Shown: positions 12,354 to 26,252 of the stretch, piece by piece
How the letters are laid out: every line of letters begins with the position of its first letter
How positions within the stretch are numbered: the first letter of the stretch is position 1
The notes under the pieces: generated by a model
What the model was told of the DNA's origin: nothing
Seen by the model: the letters and a program-made list of their open reading frames with translations, nothing else
The model's database searches: none
Position numbers and translations under genes: made by a program
Source: Parvularia atlantis
Lineage: Eukaryota
Assembly: GCA_943704415.1 (NCBI GenBank)
Contig: CALSCO010001704.1
Span: 1 to 33,919, forward strand
Direction of reading: 5' to 3'
Length of the DNA: 33,919 nt

Positions 12354-15300
12354 ATGCCCGCGCTCGTGCTGAGACGCCTCGCGCTCGGCGACAACCTGGC
12401 CGTTCTGCCGGGCGGGCTAAGTCGGCAGCTGCAGCGCGAGCTGGACCGCGTGCGTTGCGGGGCGAGCGATGCCAGGTGGGGATGGACGGCGCGCTGACGC
12501 CGTGTGGCCACAGGGCCTGCCGATGCACCGCGTCGTGCTGCGCCTGCAGTGGGACGGCAACCGGACGGCGTACGTCGGGTGGAACGGCGGCGTCACAACG
12601 ATGGACATGCTTGCGCCCGCCGCATCCGACGACGGCGTGGCGAGCGCGGGCGGGATGGGCGCGCTGCTGCCGGCCGCGGCCGGCGCGCGCGCCGTCGGGC
12701 TCGACGCGATCTTTGCGGCAGCGCTGGGCCTGGCCGACGGCCAGCAGGTGCGCGCACACGACACGCATTGCGCGCCGGGGAAGTGACTGCCGCGCGATGC
12801 ACAGGTCACGCTCGAGGTGGAGCGACCCGGGCCGCCCGCGAGAACCGTGCACGCGGAGCCCGTGACGACGGACGACTGGGAGCTGATGGTGCGCGCATGC
12901 CTGGCGGTTAGCCGCGCCTCAGCTGACTGACGGACCTCCTGCACGCGGCAGGAGCATCTCGCAGAGGTGTTCCAGGCGCAGTTCATCAACCAGATCCGCA
13001 TCGTGTACGTCAACCAGGTTGTGCCGCTGCGCGTGCAGCAGGCGACGGCGATGCTGCGGATCGGTGCGCGACGCCTGTGACCAGCGCGCTGGTTGCTCAC
13101 AACCGTGGCCAGTCGACGTCGACAGCGACGCGCGCTTCGTGCACCTTGAGCCAGACACAGAGGTCGTCATCGCGCCAAAGCCGCGCACGCTCCCGGGCGC
13201 GGCTGCCGACGCCACCACGATCGCAGCAGCGGCGGGCGAGCGGCCGCATGCACAGTCTCTGCGGGCGTTTGCGCGCGTCATGCCGCGCGAGTGGCTTGAG
13301 GACGCGCAGGACAACGCCTCGGCCGCAACGACCGTCCTCGTCCCGAGCGCGTGGTCGCCGGCGGTGCGCGAGGGAACGCTGGCGCTGCTCGTGCCGTGGC
13401 AAGGCGCGGCGAAGACGCCTCTGCCACCGACCGAGCGCGAGTTGCTGGAGGCGCCGCCCGCGGGAGCACTGCTGGTCAACGTCGCCGTGCAGCGACCGAC
13501 GGCGTTCTTCCGCGGCAGCGGCGCTGTGGCGCTGTCGGCTGCGCTGCGGCGTGCACTGCGGGTCGACCCGCTGGCAAGGGTGCACGTGGTCTTGGTGCAA
13601 CACGCCGTCGCATCGGCGCCGCCGCCGACGGTGAAGATCCTGGGCGACAACGCGGACGTGCGCGCAGCCCACGCCGTCTTGCGTGCTGCGGCGGCAACAG
13701 CACCGCTGCTGGCGCTCAACACGCATCAGGAGGTGCCGCTCGATGCGGGCCGATCGGCTCGGCTGCAGCTGGCGACGCCAGCCGGTGCGCAGTGTACGGA
13801 AAACGCACGCGTAGCTGACCGAGCGCTCAGGCACGCTGCCGTTTGGCGTCTTTGCGGCAGCGGCGGTGCAGCAGGACGCCTTTCTCGGTGCCGTGGCAGC
13901 GTCAACGCCTGTGCCTGCGGAACAGTGCGTGCCAGCTGCACGCGTGCTGCCGCGGCCGCACGTGACGACGTCTGCGCGCAGGTCAAGCGAGCTGGAGGCC
14001 GCGCTCAGCGACGCGCTGGCGCTGCGTTTCGCAGGCGTGGACGCCCCGCTGCGGCGCGTCCAAGTGTACTTGCACACCGCCTTTGCTGTCGACGAGCTGT
14101 GGCGGTGCGCGGCTGAGCGCCAGCTGCGCGCGTTGCCGTGCCCATCAGCGTCGCAGCTGCTTTGGCGAGGCGCGGCCGTCTCACCTGCTGCTGACGTGCG
14201 GGCGCGGGGCGGGCAAGACAAGCGTGGCCATGCACATCGCTGCGCGCCTGCAGCGGGACCCAGCGTGCCTGTGGTGCGCTCGTGCAAAGCGCGCCACCAC
14301 GTAACGCCAGGCTCGCAGCCACGTCACCCTGCTGACGGGGCGCGACCTGGCCGAGCTGCGATCGGCGCCGCTGCGCGCGCGGCTGGAAGAAACGCGGCAG
14401 CGCGTCGTGCTGAGTGCCCCGGCCCTGGTCATCTTCGACGACCTCGACCTCGTACGCCTCGCCGCCTCGTGCGCCGCTCGGAACGGTACTCACGCGCCAT
14501 CAGGTCGTGCCGGCACCCGCCGCAGAGGACCGTGGGCAACGGCGGCAGGCGGAGGAGCGTGCGCAGCTCGTGTGCAAGTGGCTCGCGCAGCTGGTTTGGC
14601 GCGTGCCAGTGGCAGTGGCAAGGCTGATGCGTCCCACGCAGGCGATCGGCGGCGGTGCGGGCCCGGTGGTCGTGCTGGCGACGGCACAAAAGAAGGAGCG
14701 CCTGCACGCGGTCATCATGAGGCGACACGTCTTTGGCGAGGCGCGTGGCGAGGCGCGCGCGCGTGTGTGCGCGACTTGCTGACGGGGCGAGCAGGTGGTC
14801 GACATGCCTCCGCTGACGCAGCGTGAGCGTCAAAGCGTGCTCGAGCTGGTCGTTGCCGAGGCGGTCGCCGAGAGCAAGCACGCACCGCTCGATCTGGCGC
14901 AGGTCGCGCTCGAGACGGAGGGGTACTCGGCGGCGGACCTGCGCGGGCTCGTGAGCCGCGCGCTGCACCAAGCTGCCTTCCGTTGGTACAGCACGCACAA
15001 CGAGACCGGCGCAGGTCTGGCGGCCGTGGCCGTGCCGCCAGCCGTGACGCAGGCCGATCTGGATGAGGCGCGGCGCAGCTTCACGCCGTCATCGCTGCGC
15101 GGTGTCAAGCTGACCTCGTCCACCGTGAGCTGGAGCGACATCGGCGGCCTGCGCGAGACCAAGCGCGTGCTGCTGGAGACGCTCGAGGTGCGCGAGCCCT
15201 GTGGCTGGGCGGGCCCGCTGACCTTGTGCACGCACGGCGCAGTGGCCGACGCGGTACGCGCCGCTGTTTGCGCAGTGCCCGCTCCGCCTGCGCTCGGGTC

Positions 15301-16497
15301 TGCTGCTGTACGGGCCGCCGGGGTGCGGCAAGACGTTCCTGGCGTCGGCCGTGGCGCGCGAGTGCGGCCTGAACTTTGTGAGCATCAAGGGTGCGCGTCG
15401 TCTCCGCCCCTGCGCACGCGCGCGGCTTGCTGATCGAGCGCAGGCCCGGAGCTGCTCAACAAGTACATCGGCGCGTCGGAGCAGGCCACGCGCGACCTGT
15501 TCGAGCGCGCGTCGGTGGCGCGGCCGTGCATCCTGTTCTTTGACGAGTTTGACGCGATCGCGCCGCGCCGCGGGCACGACTCGACGGGCGTGACGGACCG
15601 CGTAGTCAACCAGGTGAGGAGGCTCGCGACGGCACCCGTCACGCCACGCGCCCTCACACGTTGCGCAGCTGCTGACACAGATGGACGGCGCCGAGGGCCT
15701 GCAGGGCGTGTACGTGCTCGCGGCGACGTCGCGACCGGACCTGATCGATCCGGCGCTGCTGCGACCGGGGCGGCTGGACAAGGCGCTGTGCTGTCCGATG
15801 CCCGATGAGGTGTGCGCCGTACCACTGCCCGGTACGCGCGCGCACTCACGGCGGCCCGTGCACAGGAGGAGCGCGCCGACATTCTGCGCGCCCAGGCCCG
15901 GAGCCTGCGGCTGGACGAGGCGGTGGACCTGGACGAGATCGCTGCGGCGACCGACGGCTTCTCTGGCGCGGACCTGCAGGCGCTGCTGTACAACGCGTCG
16001 CTCGAGGCCATCCACGACGCGCTGGGCGACGCATGGGACCCGACCACGGGCGCGACGGGCACGGCCGCAGCGACAGGCGGCGCGGCCGCAGCGGAGCAGG
16101 CCTTGCGCGTCCTTGAGCCGGCGCCGGACGCGGACGGGTGGCGCACCGTGATGGGCATGACGGCGGCCGAGCACGGCGCGCTGCTGCAGCGCGTGGACGT
16201 GATCCGGCGCCAGCAGACCGGCGGCAACCGCGACGGGTCCTTGGCGGACGCACCGGCACCGCCTCCCAAGCCCGTTGTGACGATGGAGCAGCTGCGGCAC
16301 GCGCTGACGGTGCGCGCGCTGTCGGCCTGCATCTGCGTAAGCCTGACGCGCGCGCGCAGACGACCCGCCCGTCGGTGTCAGCGAGCGAGCGGCGGCGCTA
16401 CGACGACATCCACCGCTCATTCGCACAGGGCGCGGGGCCCGGCGGCGACGGCGCAGGCGCACCCGTGCGCGCGGGCAAGCGGGCGACGCTAGCGTGA
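12354..16497 (+). CDS. PEX1: Peroxisome biogenesis AAA+ ATPase PEX1, about 17 exons
   Basis: PEX1 N-domain motifs [36 protein letters not shown]. Degenerate D1 ([15 protein letters not shown]). Conserved D2 ([89 protein letters not shown]). C-terminus GKRATLA. Confidence 0.96.
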
Positions 16498-16602
16498 CCA
16501 GCCTCCCGGCAGCGTTGCATGATTACATCACTTTCCACGCACGCCACACCCATCATGGCCGTCTGTTGACCTCACGCTCGTGCCAGGCCAGAGACCGCGC
16601 AG

Positions 16603-18654
<2,052 letters not shown>

Positions 18655-18679
18655 GAACTTTTTGAGGTGCTGCTGCATA

Positions 18680-20382
18680 TCACAACGCGATCACTGCATC
18701 CTCGTCCGCGTCGGCATCGGCCGCGACCACCGCCACCGCGTCGTCGGCCGCGGAGGCCGTCGCGGTCGCCGTCGTGCTGTAGTCGACGCTCGTGTTGGAC
18801 GACAGCTCCACGAACGAGTAGTCGTCCACCGAGCCGCGCGTCTGTCCGCTGGCGGGTGCAGGCTCCTGCCGCTGCTGCTGCAACGGCTGCTGGGTCGGCG
18901 ACTGATCGGCATGCGCGTCCAGTGAGGGTGCAGGTGCGCCGCTGGCCAGCTGATCCTGCAGCGCCACCAGCTGGTCCTTGGTCTGCGCCATGTCGCTCTG
19001 CGCGACGAGTAGTCGTCAGCGGGTCGTGTGCGAGAGCGGCGGCCGCACGCACCTCCCACTGCTTTGCGAGTTCGTTCCACTCGCCCAGGCGCCGTCGCGA
19101 CTCGAGGTCGCGCCGCTCGTACTCGCCGAGGCGCTCCTGCAGCTCGAGCACGATGCTCTGCATCTGGTTGCGCTCGCGCTCGGCCTGCCGCGTCTGCTCC
19201 CGCGCACCCTCGAGGGCGAGCTCGTACTTGGCCTGCTGCGCCTGCGCGGCAGCCTTGAGCTGGCGCTGCACCTCCTCCAGGTACGAGTTCTGGTTGGCCA
19301 GCGCGGCGAGACGCTGCTGCACCTGCGGCGAGAGGTGCTCTGGCGTCGCGTCCGCAGCGGCGTCGTTGTCGCCGTCCGTCGCAGCGTCGCGCTCGCTCAC
19401 CGCGCCCTTGCGCTCGCCCGCCTCGAGCGCGCGCTGCACCTCGGGGGCGCTGAAGCTGCACACGCGTCTGTTATGGTACGCGGCTGCGACGCGCGGCCGC
19501 AAACGCGCACCTGCTGTCGCACGCGAGCAAGAAGTCGGCCGTCAGCGCGGGCGTCAGCCGCCAGCCGTGATCCTTGACGAAGAACGTGCACTCGAGGCCC
19601 TGCAGCCCGTCCAGCAGGCCCAGCAGCACCTGCCAGTCGTCGCTGCGCACGATCGCGTGCGGCTCGTACCAGTCGCTGCGCGGGCCGTCAGCGTCCGGCC
19701 GCCGCGCCGCCGTTGTGCCCTGCGACGCACGCGAGCGCGCCCGACGTCAGGTAGCGCAGGTACTCGCTCAGCTGCCTCTCCATCAGCGCCTTGAGCATGA
19801 ACACGCTGCCCGTGGCCATCTCAGCGGTCGTCGCACGGCCGGCGCTGGTTGCGCGCACCGCATGCGCTCGACCGGCGAGCAGCGCATGGCGTTGACGGTC
19901 GTGACGAGCGCGGACGCAGCCTGCACGACGGCACGCGGGCAGCACCGCGGCAGCGTCTCGACAAAGGACCAGAGGCTGCGGCGCGTCTCGAACCACGACG
20001 AGACGGCTGCGTGCGCACGCGTGGTCGGCAGCCGCGGGGCGCTGTGCGGCGCCCGCACCGGACGCGCCGCCCGCGCGGAAGCCGTGGTGCAGGCACAGCT
20101 CGAGCGCAATCAGCAGCCGCTGCAGCGCGGGGCTGGCCTCGCTGGCCGGCTCGAGCGCCGCGCCCGAGTTCTCGGCCAGCGTGAGGCGGACGAGCGCGTG
20201 GGTCTGCCGGTGCAGCGCGCGGCGCACGAGCGCGTGGTGCAGCGCCCACAGCGCCTGCGCATCGTCGCCGCCGGTGGCGTCTGCGGGCGCTGCCGCCACC
20301 GCCGGGGTGCTGCGGCCCACGTTGAGCAGCGCGCCGCGCGCGAGTGACGCGGCGTGCGGGAGGAGACGCACATGTCAGCCAT
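18680..20382 (-). CDS. RUN-domain protein with C-terminal coiled coil, 7 exons
   Basis: 11-nt first exon 20382-20372 (ATGGCTGACAT) then intron 20371-20310. RUN blocks LQRLLIALELCLHHGFR, SLWSFVE, RMRVFMLKALMERQLSEYL, DWYEPHAIVRSDD..VLLGLLDGLQGLE. Then a Q/E/R-rich coiled coil and TGA at 18682-18680. Confidence 0.85.
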
Positions 20383-20400
20383 GACTGTTTCACGCCCCGA

Positions 20401-23400
20401 ATGAGCTCAAAGGTGTGGCCGGGACAACAACGCGACGCCGCCTCGGCGGCGTCGAGCTCAACGCGCGCGCACGCAGCGGACAGGCGGCGCGGGCGACGCC
20501 GCTGCCGACGCGGCATCCGCCGAGACGCCGCCGCAGCCGGCGGTCAACCGGCCGCCGCGCGTGATCATCAAGACGACCGCGACCAACGTGCCGACGCCGC
20601 TGGCCGTGCGTGCGAAGCGCGTGCCTGACGCCCGCCCAGCGCGCCGACATGCGCGCGCGCCCGCCGGCAGGGCTTCCGGTTCAACCCGACGGCCGTGATC
20701 AAGGATGCCGCGTCGATGCCGCGCTCGCCCGCAGCCGCGGTGCCCCTCGCGCAACCCTCGGTGACGTCCCTGGAGGACGACGTGCAGACAAAGGAGCAGT
20801 TCAAGTATGACCCAATGCTCGAGCGCAGCGCGAGGAAGTGGATCGAGGTGCGGCCCGCGGCCGCGCTGCCTCGCCGCGCCAACGCTCACGCCGAGAGCAG
20901 GACGTGCTGGGCGAGCCGTTCCCGGCGGGCGCGTCGTTCGCCAGCGGTGCGTGTGCGCGGGGGCGCAGGTGCATCGTGAGCGCCGACGCGCGCTGTGCCC
21001 ACCACCCAGGCCTGCACAGCGGCGTGATCCTGTGCCGTCTGATGAACAAGATCAAGCCCGGCCTCGTCGCCAAGATCAACGAGAAGGCGATCGCGTACAA
21101 CCAGATGGTGCGGGCGCGCTCGATGGCACCGCCGTGACGCGCGCGCGGGGCGCGGGGGCGCAGGAAAACATCCAGTCGTACCTGCTCGCGTGCAAGGAGC
21201 TGGGCTTGCGGGACACGGACCTGTTCAACACGACAGATCTGTTTGACCAGAAGAACATGTCGCTCGTGCGCGCCTGCCTGCGCCTGTCGTACCTGCGCCA
21301 CACTCTGACGCGGGATATGCGCAGGTCGTGTCCAACATCCACGTGCTCGCGAAGCACGTGCAGCGCCTGGGCTACGGCGTGCCCGTGATCGCCGATAGCA
21401 GCAGGGCGCGCGCGCTGTTTGCGGCGTCGCTCGTGGTCGGCGCGGGCGGCAAGATCCTGGACGACGTCAACGAGGTGGAGGTGCGCCCTCGCGTGGGTGC
21501 GCGGGCACGACCGGCGCTCACGGCCGCGCAGGTGCCGTACGAGCAACTGCCACCCGAGCAGAGGGACCTGGTGGACTGGCTCAACAGGCAGCTCGAGCAG
21601 CGCAGCACGAACGCGTCATCGTGGATGCTCGGTGCGACGGCGCTCGCACACGCGCGTGACTGTCGCGCCGGTGGTGGTTGAGCATTGTGCGCAGGCGCGT
21701 CTCCGGGCAAGACGAGCGCAGTGAAGGAGGTGCCACCTGTGCGCAACCTGCGGTCAGACCTGCGCAACGGCGTGCGGCTGATCGACCTGCTCGAGGTGCG
21801 TCTGCTGCGCGGATCGCGCGGCGCTGAGCCTGGGAGCCTAGGTCGTGTGCAAGACATCGCACCCGGGCAAGGTGTTCCGTCAGCCCAAGTCGCTGTCTGA
21901 GTGCATGCACAACGCAGCGACGGTCATCCGCTTCCTCTCCGGCCAGACGTACGAGCCCGTGCCCGTGTGCACGGCGTACGGTGCGCGCGTGGCCGTGGGC
22001 TGTGCACTGGTCCTGACCAGGGCCACCAAGACATCGTCATGGGCAACCTGCCGGAGATCGCCGCGCTGCTGCGGTACATCCGCGACAAGTTCGACCTCGA
22101 GTACCTGTACCAGAGCCTGATGGACGGCGACGCGCTGTCGGACGGCTACGTGCGCCTCCCGCTTGACACCTCGTCCGGTGCGGCACACTGATTGACCCCG
22201 CGCGCGCGCGATCAGGTCGACACGGAAGAGTACGAGGCCGAGGGCGACGACGGCAGCGGCGACGAGGCCGACGAGGGCAGCGCGCGCACGAGCGAGGACA
22301 GCGCGCATGGTGCGCAAGGGTCCGCGGCGACCAGCCCGCGCGTCGTGCCCGAGGAGGCGCCGCCAAGTCCGACCAGGGTGAGGAAGCGCCTGCACCGCTG
22401 ATCAGCTGACGGCTGACGGCGTCTGTTTCTGCTTGCACGGCAGCTTTTCATGGAGACGTTCTCAAAAGAGGAGCGGCAGCGCATTGTGATGGAGCAGCGC
22501 CAGCAGCGCCTGCTTGAGGAGGTGTCCTCCGCGCATGAGTGCTGCGCGCGCTACTGACCACGCTCGCGCTGCCATCAGCAAGAGGCCGCACGACGCGAGC
22601 AGGTCGAGCGTGAGCGCCTGGAACAGCTGCGGCGCGAGAAAGAGGAGCTGGAGCGCCGCCACGCCGAGCAGCAGCTTCAGCGCGAACGGGAGGAGGCCGA
22701 GCGCCAGGCAGAGCTCCAGCGCCGCCGTGAGCAGGAGGAGAAGCAGCGGCAACAGGAGCAAGAAAGACTCGAGCAGCTGCATCGCGAGAAGGCAGAGCTC
22801 GAGCGCAAGCAGGAGGAGCAGCGGCGGCAGCAGCTGCAACGTGAGAAGGAGGAGCGCGAGCGGCAGGCTGAGCAGGAGCGACTGGCGCAGCTGCAGCGTG
22901 AGAAGGAGGAGCGAGAGCGGCGCGAGGAGCAGGAGCGTGTGGCCAAGCTGCAGCGCGAGAAGGAAGAGCTTGAGCGCCAGCTTGAGCAGCAGCGCCAGCA
23001 GCAGGCTCAGCGCGAGCAGGAGGAGCGCCAGCGCCAGGAGGAGCTGCTCCACCAGCAGCGGCTTCAGCGCGAGAAGGAGGAGCACGAGCGGCAGCGCGAG
23101 CGCGAGCGGCTCGAGCAGCTGCAGCGCGAGAAGGAGGAACTTGAGCGCCAGCTGGCGATGCAGCGCGAGCAGCAAGCGCAGCGCGAGGAAGTGGAGCGCG
23201 AGCGGCAAGCGGAGCTGGACCGGCTGGCCGAGCTGCAGCGCGCACACGAGGCCGAGCAGCGCCACCGCGAGGAAGAGCGCCTGGCGCGGCTTGAGAGCGA
23301 GCGGCGGCAGCGCGAGAAGGACGTAGACTCGCGGCCCTCGCCAGAGGCGCCACCGTCGGCGTCTCCGCCGTCTGCCCGGCGCCACACTGCGACGGCCACC

Positions 23401-26203
23401 GAGGCGCGTTCGGTCAAGGCCGCGACCGCGTGCTTGCTGATGGGCGCGTGCGCTGCGTACAGATCGTCGCACAGGAGGGCGGCGAGGGCGTGAAGCGCGT
23501 CGCGTCTGTGATCAAGTACTCGCCAAAGTGGCAGGACCCGTCAACGTACACGGGGCGCATCTCGACGCTGCTCGGTGACGATGCACGCGTGAATGGCTGC
23601 GGCGCTGGCTGACGCGCGCGACTGCCAGACAAGTCGCGCTCGGTGAACCACCTCCCGGGCATCCCCGCGAGCCCTGTGGAGGAGGAGTTGGGCGAGGCGC
23701 GTGCGGTCGTAGACTCGGACGACGAGGCCGAGCCGGGCGGCAGCAGCGCCGGAGCGGCAACGGTGAAAGAGCCTGAGCCGCCGCTGCAGCCCGAGGGCGA
23801 CGCCGAGGCCCGAGAGGCGGCGCGCCTGCGTGCTCAGAGCGCGTTCATCGAGCGCACGGCGCCCGCGGACGCGTGCAGCAGCCCCGCAGCCGCGGCCGGT
23901 GTCGACGACAGGCTCAAGGCGACCACGCTCGCCGGCCCGCTCAACATGAAGGAGCTGCGCACACAGTTTGCCGAGCCCGCCAGCGTCGCGTCCGAGGGTG
24001 CGCGCGCCGCACGCTGGCCGTCCCGCCGCCGCGCTGACAACCCGTGCCTGCAGCTCCCGAGGACGTCAAGATCGAGAAGCGTGCCAAGCCAAAGGCACCT
24101 GAGCCTGGCGAAGCGGGTGCGCACGGCAGATGTGCGGCGTGGCCAGAGCGCGGCTCACGCGCGGCGCAGAGGCCCAGCGCACGCAGCCCGAACGCCGCGT
24201 GTCCGAGTCCGCCGCTGCGACCGCACCGGCCGGCAAGGTTTTCGCCGCGTTCATCACGGCCGAGGGCAGCAGCGGCAAGGCCAAGGCGGCGGCGGTGCAG
24301 AAGACGAGCCCGGCAAAGGAGGCCGGCGCGTCTGCCAAACCGGCCAGCAAGCCGGCCAAGAAGAAGACGGCCGGCGGCAAGCGGGTGGGGCGCTGCTCGC
24401 TGCGACGGCGCACGCTGTGCTTACACGACAAGCGCGCAGCCAACGATCGTGCGCACCGATGTTCCCGCCGCGGCTACGACGTCGGCTGTGGTGGCCCCTG
24501 CGAGTGCGGCCCATGATAGGGCCGACGCGGTGGCGGCCGCGGACGATGCGCGCCAGCTGGACGCCAAGAAGGCCAAGGCGCAGTCGATGGTACGCAAGAA
24601 GATCGCCGATGAGCTGCTGCAGACCGAGCAGAACTACGTCACAAGCCTGAACGTGCTCGTCAAGGTCCGCGCGTGCGCCTGTGCCGCGCCGCGTGCGTGC
24701 TGAGCCGAGCGCACTGCAGAACTTCATCCGCCCGCTCGAGGCCGAGGGCACGCTGACAAACGAGGAGATCTTCCTGCTCGTGGCCAACGTGGAGGACCTG
24801 CTCGAGCTGCACTCACAGCTAGTGGAGGTCATGCGCTCGCGCATCAGCAAGTGGACCGAGTCGTCGATCGTGAGCGACATCTTCATCAAGAACGTGCGGG
24901 CTGTGCCGCGCGCGGGACGTTCTCGCGGCTCACAGTGGTGCAAACAGGCCCAGTTCTTCCTCGAGTACAAGCCGTTCATGATCAATTATGGCGCGTCGCT
25001 GCTCTACCTGACGTACTTTGGCAAGAAGTACCCGTCCGTGCGCCGCATCATCGATGTGCGTGCACGCCGCGCCTGCATGGCGCGGCGCGCTTACGTTCGC
25101 GCTCCAACCCGTGCGCGCAGCACTTTGACGAGACGCAGAAGCAGACGACGCGGCTAACGGTCGAGGCGCTGCTGATCATGCCGATCCAGAGGTGCGGAGC
25201 GTTCATGGCGCGGCGGCGCGTTTGGTGATCGCCGCGCGCGACCAGGCTGCCGCGCTACATCCTGCTGCTGAAGGAGATGCGCAAGTACACGAACCAGCGC
25301 AGCGTGGACGAGATCGAGCTACAGAAGGCGATTGTGTCGCTCGAGAAGATCATCCAGGTGCGCAGAAGGGCCGTGCACCGCGAGTTGCGCTGAGCTGCTG
25401 CGGCTGCAGGAGCTGAACCGCAACCTCAACCGCGAGGCGATGGAGTCGCTGCGCGTGCTGCAGTCGATCATGACCTCGCTGGAGGGTGACACGCACGTGC
25501 GTCGGCTGTTCGCGCGGCTGCGCGGGCGGTGCTGAGCGTCGGGGCCCTCGCAGGCGTACCTGGACCCGTCGTCGCAGTTCCTGCTGGAGGGCACGCTCAA
25601 CGGCAAGAGGATTGCCGAGATCAAGAAGACGTACGCAGGCGCTCGGTGCACGCGCGCGCACACACGGGCCAAACGCCGCGCAACAGGCTGCAGCTGCGCT
25701 CGACGATCACGCTCGGCAAGACGTACCAGGAGTTTACGGCGTACCTATTTGCGCACGTGCTGCTGCTGTGCCGGCCGATCGAGGACGCGGTGCGCCTGCC
25801 CCCCCCCCCCCCCCCCCCTCATGCGCGCCATGCCACTCAACTGGGGCGGTGCAGGAGCGCCAGCTCGACGGGCGGCTGCCGCACCGCGTGCTTGACGTGA
25901 TCGACGTGCGCGACCTGACCAAGGCCGCGCCGAAGGCCAGCTCGTCATCGCACACGAGGTGCGCGCACGAGAGCCCAGAGCGACGCGCAGAGACGGCCCC
26001 GCTGACCCCGCGGCGCGCGCGCAGCATCGAGCTGCACTTCCACGGCGAGGCGCTCGTGCAGCTCAAGTGCAAGTCGCAGGAGGAGGCCAAGCACTGGCTG
26101 CTGGGTGCGCTGCACCTCCTCGTGGTAGCGTGGGGGTGGCCCTGACGCGCGCGCCGCAGGCCTGCAGACGGTCGTGTCGGCGTCGCTCCTGTCCAGGCGG
26201 TGA
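20401..26203 (+). CDS. Dbl-family RhoGEF: two calponin-homology domains, long charged helix, DH and PH domains, about 29 exons
   Basis: CH1: KYDPMLERSARKWIE..LHSGVILCRLMNKIKPG..MENIQSYLLACKELGL..LFNTTDLF. CH2: LVDWLN..DLRNGVRLIDLLEVV..DIVMGN. E/R/Q-rich helix. DH: RKKIADELLQTEQNYVTSL..LLIMPIQRLPRYILLLKEM. PH: FLLEGTL..YLFAHVLLLCR..SQEEAKHWL. TGA at 26201-26203. Confidence 0.9.
22611..23150 (+). repeat. About seven degenerate coding repeats (E/Q)RL(E/A)QLQREKEE(L/R/H)ER in the RhoGEF helix
   Basis: Recurring ctgcagcgcgagaaggagga-like units: ERLEQLRREKEELER, ERLEQLHREKAELER, QQLQREKEERER, ERLAQLQREKEERER, ERVAKLQREKEELER, QRLQREKEEHER, ERLEQLQREKEELER. Confidence 0.85.
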
Positions 26204-26252
26204 GCCAGCTGTGTGTTCAATCACAACTTGCAACTTCCCGCACGGCGCGCTG

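Noticed and set aside
14181..14460. PEX1 first AAA module with altered Walker A (TCGRGAGKT) and Walker B (FDDLD), suggesting a pseudogene
   Set aside because: A degenerate D1 ring is normal for PEX1; D2 is intact and the frame is complete.
22462..23472. 336-aa Leu-rich ORF on the - strand resembling a membrane protein
   Set aside because: It is the reverse complement of the GAG/CAG-rich RhoGEF helix (CTC/CTG codons).
25799..25818. Long C homopolymer, with similar C/G runs near 4113-4123, 5894-5910, 7316-7322 and 33395-33415
   Set aside because: These are intronic or intergenic homopolymers with no shared flanks, are prone to sequencing error, and have no supportable function.
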